64,000 nt of DNA. Source: Spirochaetia bacterium (GTDB lineage: Bacteria > Spirochaetota > Spirochaetia > SZUA-6 > Bin103). This document shows positions 1 to 10,400 of the stretch, piece by piece. How positions within the stretch are numbered: position 1 is the first letter of the stretch; every line of letters starts with the position of its first letter. The position numbers and the translations under genes are program-made. The stretch lies in contig CBDBOV010000004.1 in the NCBI GenBank assembly GCA_965208575.1, forward strand, positions 160,001-224,000, written 5' to 3'. The notes under the pieces were generated by a model. That model was not told the origin of the DNA. It made no database searches and saw nothing but the letters and a program-made list of their open reading frames with translations.

Positions 1-2
1 AC

Positions 3-68
3 GACGACGTTCAGCAGGTGTCGACCAACATGGAGGCGCCGGAGCCGGTTGCCGCGGATATCGGTTGA
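3..68 (+). CDS. yebC: YebC/PmpR family protein, C-terminal end only (partial)
   Basis: Frame from nt 3 reads DDVQQVSTNMEAPEPVAADIG*; DDVQxVxxN is the typical YebC C-terminal motif, and yebC commonly precedes ruvC. Confidence 0.8.
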   Translation, partial: DDVQQVSTNMEAPEPVAADIG

Positions 69-122
69 GCGGCTGCTGCGGCGTGGCACTCGCCGCGCGC
101 CCTGCAAGAGGATGGACGCGCG

Positions 123-632
123 ATGAGCGTGGTGCTGGGCATTGATCCGGGGCTCGCGTCGACCGGATACGGCGTGCTGGCCGCTACCGGCAGCCGCGTA
201 CGGCGCATCGCCGACGGCGTCATTCGCACGCCCGCCGGCGCCGACTACGGCAACCGCCTGGTCATGTTGTGTGACGGCCTGCGCCAGGTGATCGAAAGCT
301 ATCGCCCCGACGAGAGCGCCATCGAGGAGTTGTACTTCTCCAGGAACGTGCGTACCGCGTTTGCGGTTGCCCAGGCGCGCGGCGTGATCATCCTGGTGCT
401 GGCGCAGTGCAAGGTGCAATACGGCGAGTATGCGCCCGGCGCCGTGAAACAGGCGGTGGCAGGTCACAGCAGGGCGCCCAAGGAGCAGGTGATGCGCTCG
501 GTGAAGATGGTGCTCGGCCTGCACGACGAGCCGGTGAGCGACCACAGTGCCGATGCGCTGGCGGTCGCACTGTGCCACGTGCAGCATGCGCCGGTGCGTG
601 CCGCGCTCGCCCGCGCCGCCGCGACGCGGTAG
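123..632 (+). CDS. ruvC: Holliday junction resolvase RuvC
   Basis: VLGIDPGLASTGYGV, AIEELYF, LAQARGV-like segment, KQAVAG..APKEQV, DHSADALAVALCH. Confidence 0.96.
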   Translation: MSVVLGIDPGLASTGYGVLAATGSRVRRIADGVIRTPAGADYGNRLVMLCDGLRQVIESYRPDESAIEELYFSRNVRTAFAVAQARGVIILVLAQCKVQYGEYAPGAVKQAVAGHSRAPKEQVMRSVKMVLGLHDEPVSDHSADALAVALCHVQHAPVRAALARAAATR

Positions 633-646
633 AATCGGCCCAACCG

Positions 647-1297
647 ATGTTGTACAGCGTCACCGGCCGGCTGACTCACAAGGGCCTCGACGTCGCCCAC
701 GTCCAGGTGGGCGGGCTGGAACTGGAACTGTCGAGTTCGGCGCGCAGCCTGGAGGCGCTGCCGGCGCCCGGCGCCGAGGTGAAGCTGTACACCTTCCTGT
801 ATCATCGCGATGACCAGATGCGGCTGTACGGGTTCGCTTCGCAGGCGGAACGCACCCTGTTTCTCGACCTGCTGCGGGTCGGCGGGGTGGGGCCGCGGCT
901 GGTGATCCGCATCCTGTCCGGAATCGAGGCCGCCGAGCTGGTGCAGGCCCTGGAAACCAACGATCTGCCCCGCCTGGTGCAGATTCCCGGCCTCGGCAAC
1001 AGGACTGCCCAGAAAATGGTGCTCACCCTGCAGGGCAAGCTCAGCCTGCCGCCCGCCGCCGCGGCGCGTACCCCCGGTTTGGAGGAGGACATCACCGCGG
1101 CGCTGGCCGGCATGGGATTCGGCACCCGCGAGGCACGCGGCGCGGTGCGCGCGGCAATCAAGGAACTGGCCGCGGAGGCCGGCGCGGCCAGCGACAGCGA
1201 GCAGGAGGTTCTGCGCCGCGCGGTCGCCCGCCTGAGCTCGCTCACCGCCGAGCGGACTCCCGCCCCCGCCGCACCGGGCAGCGCGGCCAGTGGCTGA
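647..1297 (+). CDS. ruvA: Holliday junction branch migration protein RuvA
   Basis: ATG 647 (MLYSVTGRL); REDxxxLYGF-like RDDQMRLYGF, HhH motifs VGGVGPRL and IPGLGNRTAQK, C-terminal ALAGMGF domain. Confidence 0.95.
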   Translation: MLYSVTGRLTHKGLDVAHVQVGGLELELSSSARSLEALPAPGAEVKLYTFLYHRDDQMRLYGFASQAERTLFLDLLRVGGVGPRLVIRILSGIEAAELVQALETNDLPRLVQIPGLGNRTAQKMVLTLQGKLSLPPAAAARTPGLEEDITAALAGMGFGTREARGAVRAAIKELAAEAGAASDSEQEVLRRAVARLSSLTAERTPAPAAPGSAASG

Positions 1298-2333
1298 CCG
1301 CGACGTAGCCGGCACCTACCTGCCGGACCACGACCGGGAGGAGGGCGCGCTACGCCCCAGGCGCCTGCGCGACTTCATCGGTCACGATCGCCTGCGCGAG
1401 AACCTGTCCGTGTTCGTGGCGGCCGCGCGGCAGCGCGGCGAGAGTCTGGACCACGTGTTCCTGAGCGGCCCGCCGGGGCTCGGCAAGACCACCCTGGCCG
1501 CGATTCTGGCGAACGAAATGGGCGTGGAGTTCCAGGCCACGTCGGCGCCGGCGCTGGAAAAGACCGGCGACCTGGTCGCGATTCTCACCCACATCGGCGA
1601 GCGCAACGTGTTCTTCATCGACGAGATTCACCGCCTGCGTCCGCCGGTGGAGGAACTGCTCTACACCGCCATGGAAGACAACGAGATCGACGTGGTGGTG
1701 GGGCAGGGACCGGGTGCGCGTTCCATCAAGATTCCGCTGCCGCCGTTCACGCTGGTCGGCGCCACTACCAAGACCGGGCTGGTGTCCGGTCCGCTGCACT
1801 CCCGGTTCGGCATAACCACCCGCCTCGACTACTACCAGCCGCCCGAAATCGCCGCGATCGTGCGCCGCACGGCCGGGATTCTGCAAACGGAACTGGACGG
1901 CGGCGCCGTGCGGGTGCTGGCGCAGTGCTCGCGCGGCACCCCTCGCGTGGCCAACCGCCTGGTGCGCCGGATGCGAGACTATGCGCAGGTGTGGGCCGAC
2001 GGGGCGATCTCGTTGCAGATTGTGGAACGCGGTCTGGCAGCGCTCGAGGTGGACTCCAGCGGGCTCGACAAGCTCGATCGTGAGATACTGAACACCATCA
2101 TCACCAAGTACGACGGCGGACCGGTGGGATCGGAAACCCTGGCCATTACCATCAGCGAGGCGGTGGATACCCTGGAAGACGTGTATGAGCCATACCTGAT
2201 TCAACGCGGATTTCTGCAGCGCACCGCGCGCGGCCGGGTGGTGACCCCGCTGGCATACCAGCACCTCGGGCTCCCACTCGGCGGCGCTCCATCGCGGAAG
2301 GGGGCCGATGCGGACCAGCAGGTTCTGTTTTGA
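1290..2333 (+). CDS. ruvB: Holliday junction DNA helicase RuvB
   Basis: LRPRRLRDFIG, Walker A GPPGLGKTT, FIDEIHRL, FTLVGATT, RGTPRVANRL, YEPYL; 8-nt overlap with ruvA. Confidence 0.98.
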   Translation: MADRDVAGTYLPDHDREEGALRPRRLRDFIGHDRLRENLSVFVAAARQRGESLDHVFLSGPPGLGKTTLAAILANEMGVEFQATSAPALEKTGDLVAILTHIGERNVFFIDEIHRLRPPVEELLYTAMEDNEIDVVVGQGPGARSIKIPLPPFTLVGATTKTGLVSGPLHSRFGITTRLDYYQPPEIAAIVRRTAGILQTELDGGAVRVLAQCSRGTPRVANRLVRRMRDYAQVWADGAISLQIVERGLAALEVDSSGLDKLDREILNTIITKYDGGPVGSETLAITISEAVDTLEDVYEPYLIQRGFLQRTARGRVVTPLAYQHLGLPLGGAPSRKGADADQQVLF

Positions 2334-3336
2334 TCTGCCGCCGGAGTTGATCGCGCAGCGGCCGGCGGCGCAACGCGGCGCGGCGCGGCTCATGGTGCTG
2401 GAGCGGGCTACCGGAGCGCTGCACCATGCGCGGGTAGCCGAGCTGCCGGCGTTCCTGGCCCCGGACAGCGTAGTGGTGCTGAACGATACCCGGGTGTTGC
2501 ACGCGCGCCTGTCCGGCTGCCTGCCGGGGGGCAGAGAGGTGCCGTTTCTGCTGCTGGAACAGAGCAACGGCGGCACCCGCTGGCTGGCGCTTGCCCGTGG
2601 CGCGCGGCAGCTTGCCCGGGGCGGACGCACCGTGGCATTCCCGGGCGGCCGCTCGGCATCGCTGGGCGAACCGCCGGACGGCAGCGGCGCGGTGGTGCTC
2701 TCCTTCGATCGCCCGGTCAAGCCCGGCTACCTGGAGCAGCATGGTTCGATACCGTTGCCGCCCTACATCGACCGTCCCGCGGACGCCGCGGACGCCGAAC
2801 GCTACCAGACGGTATATGCCGAGCATCCCGGTTCCGCGGCCGCGCCCACCGCCGGACTGCACTTCACGGACGTACTGTTGCGGCAACTCCGGCAACGCGG
2901 GGTCGCGGTGGTGCGCGTGACGCTGCACGTCGGAACCGCCACCTTCGCGCCCATTCGCAGCGAGCGGATCGAGGATCACGTGATGCACCGCGAGCGTTAC
3001 TCGGTTCCGGAGGAAGCCGCGCTGGCGGTGGAGCAGGCGCGGCGCGAAAGCCGTCCGGTGGTGGCGGTCGGGACCACCGTGGTGCGTACCCTGGAGGCGG
3101 CCTGGGACGGCGGCACGCTACGGCGCGGCCCCGGGACAACCGACCTGTTCATCTATCCCGGACATCGGTTCCGGGTCGTGGATCAGCTCCTGACCAACTT
3201 CCACACGCCGCGCTCCTCGCTGCTGGCGCTGGTCAGCGCGCTGGCCGGCGAGCGGGAGGTCCGCTGCGCGTACGCCACGGCCGTCGAGATGCGCTACCGA
3301 TTCTTCTCCTACGGCGACGCGATGCTGATCCGATGA
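2308..3336 (+). CDS. queA: S-adenosylmethionine:tRNA ribosyltransferase-isomerase
   Basis: FDLPPELIAQRP, PLPPYI, RYQTVYA, AAPTAGLHF, TLHVG, VGTTVVRTLE, TNFHTPRSSL, YRFFSYGDAMLI. Confidence 0.97.
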   Translation: MRTSRFCFDLPPELIAQRPAAQRGAARLMVLERATGALHHARVAELPAFLAPDSVVVLNDTRVLHARLSGCLPGGREVPFLLLEQSNGGTRWLALARGARQLARGGRTVAFPGGRSASLGEPPDGSGAVVLSFDRPVKPGYLEQHGSIPLPPYIDRPADAADAERYQTVYAEHPGSAAAPTAGLHFTDVLLRQLRQRGVAVVRVTLHVGTATFAPIRSERIEDHVMHRERYSVPEEAALAVEQARRESRPVVAVGTTVVRTLEAAWDGGTLRRGPGTTDLFIYPGHRFRVVDQLLTNFHTPRSSLLALVSALAGEREVRCAYATAVEMRYRFFSYGDAMLIR

Positions 3337-3386
3337 CGGCCGGGTCGCATGGTCTGCACGGTCGTGGCGTGATCGTGGCGGCGCAC

Positions 3387-4007
3387 TCAGAACCTCGCCA
3401 TGTGCTTCCAGATGCGGTCGAACACGGCCGCGCGCGGCCCACTGCCGTCGACGGTCACGACCTCCACACCGAGCGCCGCGTAGTGCGCGTTCACCTCCAG
3501 GTAGCGCTCGCGCAGGCGCCGCTGCAATGGCAGACGGTCGAACAGCTCGCGCGCGCCGCGGGCGGCAACGCGCCGCTGACACTCCTCGGGCGGGGTGTCG
3601 ATGAAGATCAGGCGGCGCGGCAGCGGGAAGCGGGCGTTGATCGCAGACACGTAGTCGGCGGGGCAGTCTGTTGACTGATAGACCACGCTGGAGAACAGGT
3701 AGCGATCGCTGGCCACGTAGCCGCCGGCCCGCAGAGCGGCGAGCACGCCGCCCGGAGCGTGCAGGTGTTCGCTGCGGTCGGCCGCGAACAGCAGCGCCAG
3801 CGTGCACCCGGACACCGACAGCTCGCCGCGCAATACCGCGCGGATCAGCCTTCCGATCGGTCCGTCGGTGGGTTCGCACGTGGCGAAGCAGGTCGTGCCG
3901 CGGGTGCGAAGTGCATCTTGCAGCATCCCCAACTGAGTCGAGGTTCCCGCGCCGTCGAGGCCTTCGAACACCACGAATCGGTCCAGGATATCGGGCGTGT
4001 CGCTCAT
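3387..4007 (-). CDS. tmk: Thymidylate kinase
   Basis: ATG 4007; FVVFEGLDGAGTSTQ P-loop, TCEPT, LLFAADRSEH, SDRYLFSSVVYQ. Confidence 0.93.
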   Translation of the reverse strand: MSDTPDILDRFVVFEGLDGAGTSTQLGMLQDALRTRGTTCFATCEPTDGPIGRLIRAVLRGELSVSGCTLALLFAADRSEHLHAPGGVLAALRAGGYVASDRYLFSSVVYQSTDCPADYVSAINARFPLPRRLIFIDTPPEECQRRVAARGARELFDRLPLQRRLRERYLEVNAHYAALGVEVVTVDGSGPRAAVFDRIWKHMARF

Positions 4008-4015
4008 TTCCGGGC

Positions 4016-5551
4016 GTGGCCAGTGTACACCGGACCGCCGCCCCGCCGCCGGCGCGCCGCGTGCCGGTGCGCCACGCATGGGTGTGCCGGAGAGCAACGC
4101 CGGCGGCATGGCGCACCACGGTGGTGCTGACGCTGGCGGTCGCGGCCTCCGCGCACGGGCCGGCAGCGGCACAGGAAGCGGACGCCGCGCCGCTGGAGAT
4201 CCCCGATCTCACCGTCACCGCCGAGGATCCGCTCATTCTGCTGCCCCCTCTCGGGCCGCCGGTGAACCAGGAGCCGCTCGCCGTGCCGGCGTCGGATCGC
4301 GGGCGCGCCGTGCATCGCGCCGCGCCCGCGGTCAGCGCACCGGGTTTCGGGCCGTTACCCGCACCGGGCGGCGTGCTGCGCATCGCCAGATCGGTGCACG
4401 CGGTGGAACGCAGCTCGGAGTTCAGCGCATGGGCCGGCGCCGTCGGCGCGGATGCGCTGGCGGAGACTCTTGCCGCCCTGTCCTACCGGGATGCCGGCTT
4501 CCTTCCGAACGTGGAGTTGGGACTGTCCGGGCTGGCGCCGACGCGTGACGGCGAGGCGGCCGACGTGTCGGCGCATGTCGCGCTGGAGGCCAACTCCTGG
4601 CGGGTCGGTCTCGATGGCGCCGCGACCGTCGCCGGCGACCTGGCAGCGGGCCGGGGCGTACGAGCCGCGTGGCTAGCATTGAGCGGCGGCGCGGGCCCGT
4701 GGTCGGGAACGCTGTCCGCGCAGCACTGGCAGGCGCATTCGGCCCCCGCCGAGTGGCGGCCGGCGCTTGCGACGGAGCTGGAGTTGATCTCCGCGCGCGG
4801 CCCGCAGGCCGTCGTCGGCCTGGCCGCGGGTCGCACCGGCGACCGGCTGTTCGCACTGCCGGCGGTGCGGGTGCGCTCCGGCGGCACGGCGGATTGGCAT
4901 CTGGCGGCCGGAGTGCGTCCGGTGCTGGGGTTTCCGCGCTGGCTGCCACACCTGGTCCACGACGGGCAGGTCAGCAACCTCGAGATTCAGCCGGACGAGG
5001 GCTGGCTGGCGTGGCTGGGGGGCGGCATCGGCGCCGTCGACCTGCGGGCCGGGTGGGCACATGGCTTGAGCACCGGGACCCGCTCCGTGGACGGCCCCGC
5101 CAGCGGCAGCCACGCGCCGCCCGTGCTCGGCCCTGACCTGCTGCTGTTCGGGGTGGCCGCGGAGGCGACCTGGAACACCGGCTCCGGCGGACCGGTGACG
5201 GTGACGGCGCGGGCGGGGGCCAACTGGCACCCGGAAGCCGCGCACTGGCGGGTGCGCGCCGACGGCCAATGGCAGATCAGCGCCGCGCCGCCGGTTACGC
5301 TCCTGGTAGGTGCGCGGTGGATCGATGTCCGTGAGTACCGGGCCGTGTACGCCGGAGAACACTGGACGCTGGAGATGTTTCGCGACGAGCCGGGGTCGGC
5401 CGTGATCGCCGGGATACGCTGGTCGCCGGCGTGGGGGCACCGCCTGCAACTGACTGCCGGCATCAATGCGCTGGCGGCGGCAAGTGACTTGACGTGGGGT
5501 ATCCGAATCGAGTACGCCCGCGATGTAGTGCGCTTGACCGCGCCGCCGTAG
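4016..5551 (+). CDS. Putative outer-membrane beta-barrel protein with N-terminal TonB-box-like motif (start uncertain)
   Basis: Signal-peptide-like TVVLTLAVAASAHGPAAA-QEA, then LEIPDLTVTAE; Trp/Gly-rich amphipathic strands; near-terminal LTWGIRIEY; directly upstream of exbB. Confidence 0.55.
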   Translation: MASVHRTAAPPPARRVPVRHAWVCRRATPAAWRTTVVLTLAVAASAHGPAAAQEADAAPLEIPDLTVTAEDPLILLPPLGPPVNQEPLAVPASDRGRAVHRAAPAVSAPGFGPLPAPGGVLRIARSVHAVERSSEFSAWAGAVGADALAETLAALSYRDAGFLPNVELGLSGLAPTRDGEAADVSAHVALEANSWRVGLDGAATVAGDLAAGRGVRAAWLALSGGAGPWSGTLSAQHWQAHSAPAEWRPALATELELISARGPQAVVGLAAGRTGDRLFALPAVRVRSGGTADWHLAAGVRPVLGFPRWLPHLVHDGQVSNLEIQPDEGWLAWLGGGIGAVDLRAGWAHGLSTGTRSVDGPASGSHAPPVLGPDLLLFGVAAEATWNTGSGGPVTVTARAGANWHPEAAHWRVRADGQWQISAAPPVTLLVGARWIDVREYRAVYAGEHWTLEMFRDEPGSAVIAGIRWSPAWGHRLQLTAGINALAAASDLTWGIRIEYARDVVRLTAPP

Positions 5552-5562
5552 GCAATGCAAGC

Positions 5563-6192
5563 ATGGTAGCTCTCATCGCCCAGGGCGGAGTTCTGCTCAT
5601 ACCGATCCTGCTGCTGTCGCTCGGTGCCGTGTTCCTGATCTTCGAGCGCGCGCTGTTCTACTGGCAGCAGCGCGCCACCGGCGGCGAGTCGACCGACGAG
5701 GTGTTGAAACTGCTCACCCATACGCCGGCCGGGCAGGTGGCACGGACACTGAGCCGCGGGCGTTCGCCGCAGGCTCGCGTGATCGCCGCCGCGCTCGAAC
5801 GCGGCCCACTGCTTGCCGACCCGGACCAGCGCCGTACGCTCGACCACCTGGTGCTGACCGAGATCGCCGCGCTCGAGCGGTACGTGTCCTCCTTGCAGAA
5901 CATCGCCAACGTGGCCACGTTGCTGGGGCTGCTCGGCACCGTGGTCGGCATGATCTCCGCATTCGTGGGCATGCGCAGCGCCGGCAGCACGGATCTGACG
6001 ATCCTGTCCGGCGGCATCGGACAAGCGCTCATCACCACCGCGGCCGGCCTTGCCGTGGCGATTCCGAGCACGCTGTGCCACCACCTGTTCGTGAACCACG
6101 TGCAGCGCACCGTTGCGCGCCTCAACATTGCGGTCAGCGAGATCACGGCGCACTTCATTGCCGCTACCCTCCGTCCCGAAGCGGGGTCGTAG
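5563..6192 (+). CDS. exbB: MotA/TolQ/ExbB proton channel protein
   Basis: N-terminal TM; IANVATLLGLLGTVVGMISAF; GGIGQALITTAAGLAVAIP. Confidence 0.9.
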   Translation: MVALIAQGGVLLIPILLLSLGAVFLIFERALFYWQQRATGGESTDEVLKLLTHTPAGQVARTLSRGRSPQARVIAAALERGPLLADPDQRRTLDHLVLTEIAALERYVSSLQNIANVATLLGLLGTVVGMISAFVGMRSAGSTDLTILSGGIGQALITTAAGLAVAIPSTLCHHLFVNHVQRTVARLNIAVSEITAHFIAATLRPEAGS

Positions 6193-6284
6193 CCGGCGGG
6201 CCCGGGGAGCCCGGGGCCGCGGCGCCGCGCGCGAGTTGCCCCAAACGGGTATACTGATCACGAACGTGCCCACGGGGGGAGGGG

Positions 6285-6722
6285 ATGTCGAACGATCTAC
6301 CATACTACCGGAGCTCGCTGAGCCCGGCATCCGCGGTGCCCCTCACGCCACTCATCGACGTGGTGTTCCTGGTGGTAGTCTTCTTCATGGTGAGCGCGAC
6401 GTTCGCCGTGCAGTCCACCGTCCCCGTGCAGCTTCCGCGCGCCGCGGCCGACCCGCCGGATGCAACGGCGCCGTTCGCCGTCACCGTCGACGAGTCGGGA
6501 CGGATCTTCACGGCGCGGTCCGGCGCCCTGCAACCGGTCACCCTCGACGGCCTGCGGCTGGCACTCGTACAATGGCAGGCGGCGGAACCGGTCGACGGCG
6601 TGGTGCTGCACGGCGACGCCCGCGCCAGCTATGGGCGCCTGGTCGCGGTCATGGACGCGATTCGCAGCTCCGGCGTCACCGACATACGCCTGGTCACGGC
6701 GTATCCCGACGCATCGCGATGA
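6285..6722 (+). CDS. exbD: Biopolymer transporter ExbD/TolR
   Basis: LTPLIDVVFLVVVFFMV, VQLPRA, VVLHGDARASYGRLVAVMDAI; SD GGAGGG upstream. Confidence 0.92.
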   Translation: MSNDLPYYRSSLSPASAVPLTPLIDVVFLVVVFFMVSATFAVQSTVPVQLPRAAADPPDATAPFAVTVDESGRIFTARSGALQPVTLDGLRLALVQWQAAEPVDGVVLHGDARASYGRLVAVMDAIRSSGVTDIRLVTAYPDASR

Positions 6723-7435
6723 CCGCGCAGCGCGAGATCAATGCGCTGGTCGCCAGCGTTGCCGTCCACGTGTTGGTGCTGGCCGCCCTCATGCTGGCGC
6801 GCGTGCCGGAGCGGGACGCGCCTGCGGTGGCAGTGCTGCGCCTCACTCTGCCGGCGGTGGGTGGCGCCGCACAGTCTCTTGCCGGCCACCCTGGGCCGGT
6901 CATCAGCCAGGCGGGCGGCGCCGCGGTTCCCGGCCAGCCGTCCGCGGGAGCGGGCGCGCTGCCGGCCCTGGTCGCGCCGCGGGCGCGCGTGGCCGCCGGC
7001 GCACCCCGGGCGCCGGCGCGGCCAGGCGCGGCCTCCGCCGCCGTCGTGGGGCTGCCCGACCCCGGCACCGCACTGGCCGGCGCGCTCGCGGCTGCCTCGC
7101 ACGCCGGCCCGGGCGCGGCCGCACCGGTTGCCGCCGCAACCGACACCATGCTTCCGCGCATCACCAGCAGCGGTCTCCCGGCCGTGGAGCGCGGCATCGC
7201 GCTTCCGTACCCGCCCGAGCTGAGCCGGCGCGGCATCGAGGCTGACGTGCAGATTCGGCTCACCGTGGCCATCGACGGCACCGTCGCCGGCGCCGAGGTG
7301 GTGCGCAGTTCGGGTGTGTCGTCGGTGGATGCCGAGGTGGCGCAGGCGCTTCGCCAATTCCTGTTCGCCTCGGCCGGCGAGGCGCCGGTCACCGGCACGA
7401 TTCGGGTGAGCTATCGCCTGGAGCGCGGTTTTTGA
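6719..7435 (+). CDS. tonB: Energy transducer TonB
   Basis: TM with SVAVH (SxxxH) motif, Pro/Ala-rich linker, C-terminal YPPELSRRGIEADVQIRLTV...VVRSSG..VDAE; ATGA overlap with exbD. Confidence 0.88.
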   Translation: MTAQREINALVASVAVHVLVLAALMLARVPERDAPAVAVLRLTLPAVGGAAQSLAGHPGPVISQAGGAAVPGQPSAGAGALPALVAPRARVAAGAPRAPARPGAASAAVVGLPDPGTALAGALAAASHAGPGAAAPVAAATDTMLPRITSSGLPAVERGIALPYPPELSRRGIEADVQIRLTVAIDGTVAGAEVVRSSGVSSVDAEVAQALRQFLFASAGEAPVTGTIRVSYRLERGF

Positions 7436-10400
7436 GTGGCCGCGATCGCCGCAGCGGCTCAGGGCCGAAGTGGAATCCTTCGCTACTGGAGGTCTGTGTC
7501 CTTGCACTGATCATCGCCGCGTCCGGCTGGGGCTTGCACTCGCTTGGCAACGCGATCGAGGGCCACCTGACCGGCAAGCGCGAGGACACGATCGCCAACC
7601 TGTTGCAGACGCTCGACTACGACATCAGCTATCGAGACATCTCCCCGTCGCTGCTGCGCGCGTTCGAGATCCGCGACCTGGCCATATCGAGCAGGGAGGC
7701 CCCCGACAGTCCGCTGGTGTTCATCCGCCACCTGCGCCTCCGCTACAGCCTTTCGCGCCTGGTGACCAGCCGCGATCCGGTGGCCGCGTTGCGGGAGATT
7801 CAGTTGGTCGACTCCGACTTCGCGCTCGACCTGGAAGGCGACCAGGGCCTCGGTATACTCCTGCAGGCCCTGAGCGCCGCCGTCAGCGGAGGCGCCGGTG
7901 CGTCGGTGCCGGGCGAGCTGCCGCCGCTGAATCTCGCCGGCGCCAACCTGGGCGTCGTCATCGAGGGCCGCGGCACACGCGTGGAGTTGCGCGAACTCTA
8001 CTTTCGTGTCCGCTCCGGCGATCGGCTGCGGATCACGGCGAGCGGCAGCGTGGCCGGTCTGCTGTCGTCGACGGTGAGTCCGGCGCTGATCGGCAACGAA
8101 TTCCTGGAAACCGAATTCCGAATCACCGGCAGCGCCGCGGCTGACTTCAGCTCGGTCGACGCGACGGTACGCATACCGGAGTTGACGACATCCTCCTTCG
8201 CCACCGCGGCGCTCACCCTGCAGGTGACGGCCACCGACGACGTCGTGCAGATTGTCACCGCCAGGGATCGCCTGCCGGCGGAGGTACTGTTCACGCACGA
8301 CCTCGCCAGCGGGCGCAGCGAGTTGCGGATCGAAGCCGAGGATCTGCAGGTGGCGGATGTCGCACGGTTCAACGGCCCTGGCCGGGCGCTCGACGTGTTG
8401 CAGGGTGCAGCGATAACCGGAAGCGGCCGCTGGCTCCAGGATCCGGTTGCCGGGGCGCGCTACGAGGGCGATTTCAGTGCCCGGATCGCGGCCGGCGGCG
8501 AGCGGCCGGCGACGGAGCTGGTGGTGGCGGCGAGCGGCAACGGCGAGCGCGTGGTGGTGTCGAGACTGGAAGCGCGGATGGAACGGGCCGGCTTCCAGTT
8601 CGTCGGCGACCTGCTCCTCGATCCGTTGTCGCCGCAGGGCGACCTGACCGTTACCGCGGCGCCCGACCTCCTGGGCGGCGCGCCGCTGGACGCCCGCTTG
8701 ACGCTCCGTCGCAACGGCTCCGGCATCGACGTGCGAACCACCCGCCTGACGCTGGGCGATGTCGCCGTGCGCGGCTTCCAGGCCAACCTGTCGCCCGCGG
8801 GTGGCGGCGAGGCGCGCTTTCGCTACCAGGCGCTGCTGGAGCTGGAACAGGACCTTGCCAACTCGATCGCCGGCGACGGCGTGCTCGATCTGCGCTCGGG
8901 TGCACGGCTGGAGTTCAGCGCCCGGTTCACGGACGTGGCCGGCGGCGTCCTGTACCGGCTTGCCGCCGCCCCCGATCAGCGCCAGCCATGGCTGGTGACT
9001 ACGCTCGATCCGCTGCTCGTGAGCGGGATGGTTTCCGGCAGCACCGATTTCGCCGGCGTGCAACTCGGCCGCTCGACGGTACGGGTGCTCGACCGCTCGG
9101 AGCGCGACACCCGGCTGCGATTCAGCATCGGCCGCGATGACGAGGAGTGGCTGCTGGATGACCTGGCGGCGCAGTGGGGCGGCTTCCGGGTGCGCGGCGA
9201 CGCTCGCGTGACGACGGTGGAGGAGGGCCTTGCGGTTGCCGCGAGCTTCACCGTGAACGACGAGCCCCTGTTCCTGCAGGTGATGCACCGGCCCGGTGAA
9301 GGGCTCACCGCCTCCGGCAGCCACCAGCTCCGGGTTGCCGCCGAGTACCCTGCGGCGGGCGGGATCACATTCAGCGGCGCCGTGAGCGAACTGCCGGTTC
9401 CCTGGGCGGAGGAACACCCGCCACTGAAAACCAGCATGGCGTTCCGCGGGGAGGTGGCCGCGTCCGCGGAGTGGTCGCTGCGCAGCGATGCGGTGACGGT
9501 TGCCGGGATTCCGTTGCTGGATCGCCGCGGCGCGGAACTCGAGTTCGGATTCCGGGCGTCCGCAAACGGGGTGTCCCTGGAGCCGATCCGCCTGCGCGAC
9601 GGAGACACCGAGTTGACCGGCAGCGGCAGCCTGACCTACGGCGGCCCGCACGGAGCCGTGGCCGGCCGGCTGCTACTGGTCGATGCCGCCGACCATGAAC
9701 GCTACGAAGTCGCCGCGTCGTTCCAACAGGGACAACTGGACGGCAGCGCCGAGATTCGCGGCGTCCCGCTCGCTCGAATCGGCGAGTTTCCGATCGGCGG
9801 CGACCTGCGCGCAAGCGTACAGGCGTCCGGTCCGATGCAAGCGCTGGCGTGGAGCGCGGCGTTGAACCTGGAGAGGGGCCGCTTCAACGACGAGGCCGTC
9901 TCGCTGGCGGCGAACGTCGATGCCGCACCGGGCAGCCTGGTAGTCGATCAGATCAGTTTTCATCTTCTCAGCCACCGTCTGAGCGAAGGAACGTTGACCT
10001 ACGATCGCGACAGCGCCCGCGCCCAGTTCGACGCCGACTACGTTGCAGACTACTTCGGCGACCCGGTGACCGCTCACCTGCGCCTTGCCGCGGACGACGT
10101 GCAGCTCGGCGCGGACGGCGATCTGAACGCCGCCCTCGCCGCCGGCGTACGGGCCACGCTGCACACCAGCGCCCTGCAGGTTGCCGGCGCACCGCTCGAC
10201 GACTGGCAGCTGCACCTGGTGGTGGCCAGCAGCGATGCCGCGCCGGTGGGCGGCGAGCGCGGCACCGATGTCGTCGTACACTTCGACGGCGGTCCTCACG
10301 AGGCGTTCGAAGGGTTCATCTCGACCTTGGGGCAGTTTCAGGTGCGCGTACGCGGCGAACCGTACCCGTTGCGCGGCACCGCTACCGGGTCGATCACCGG

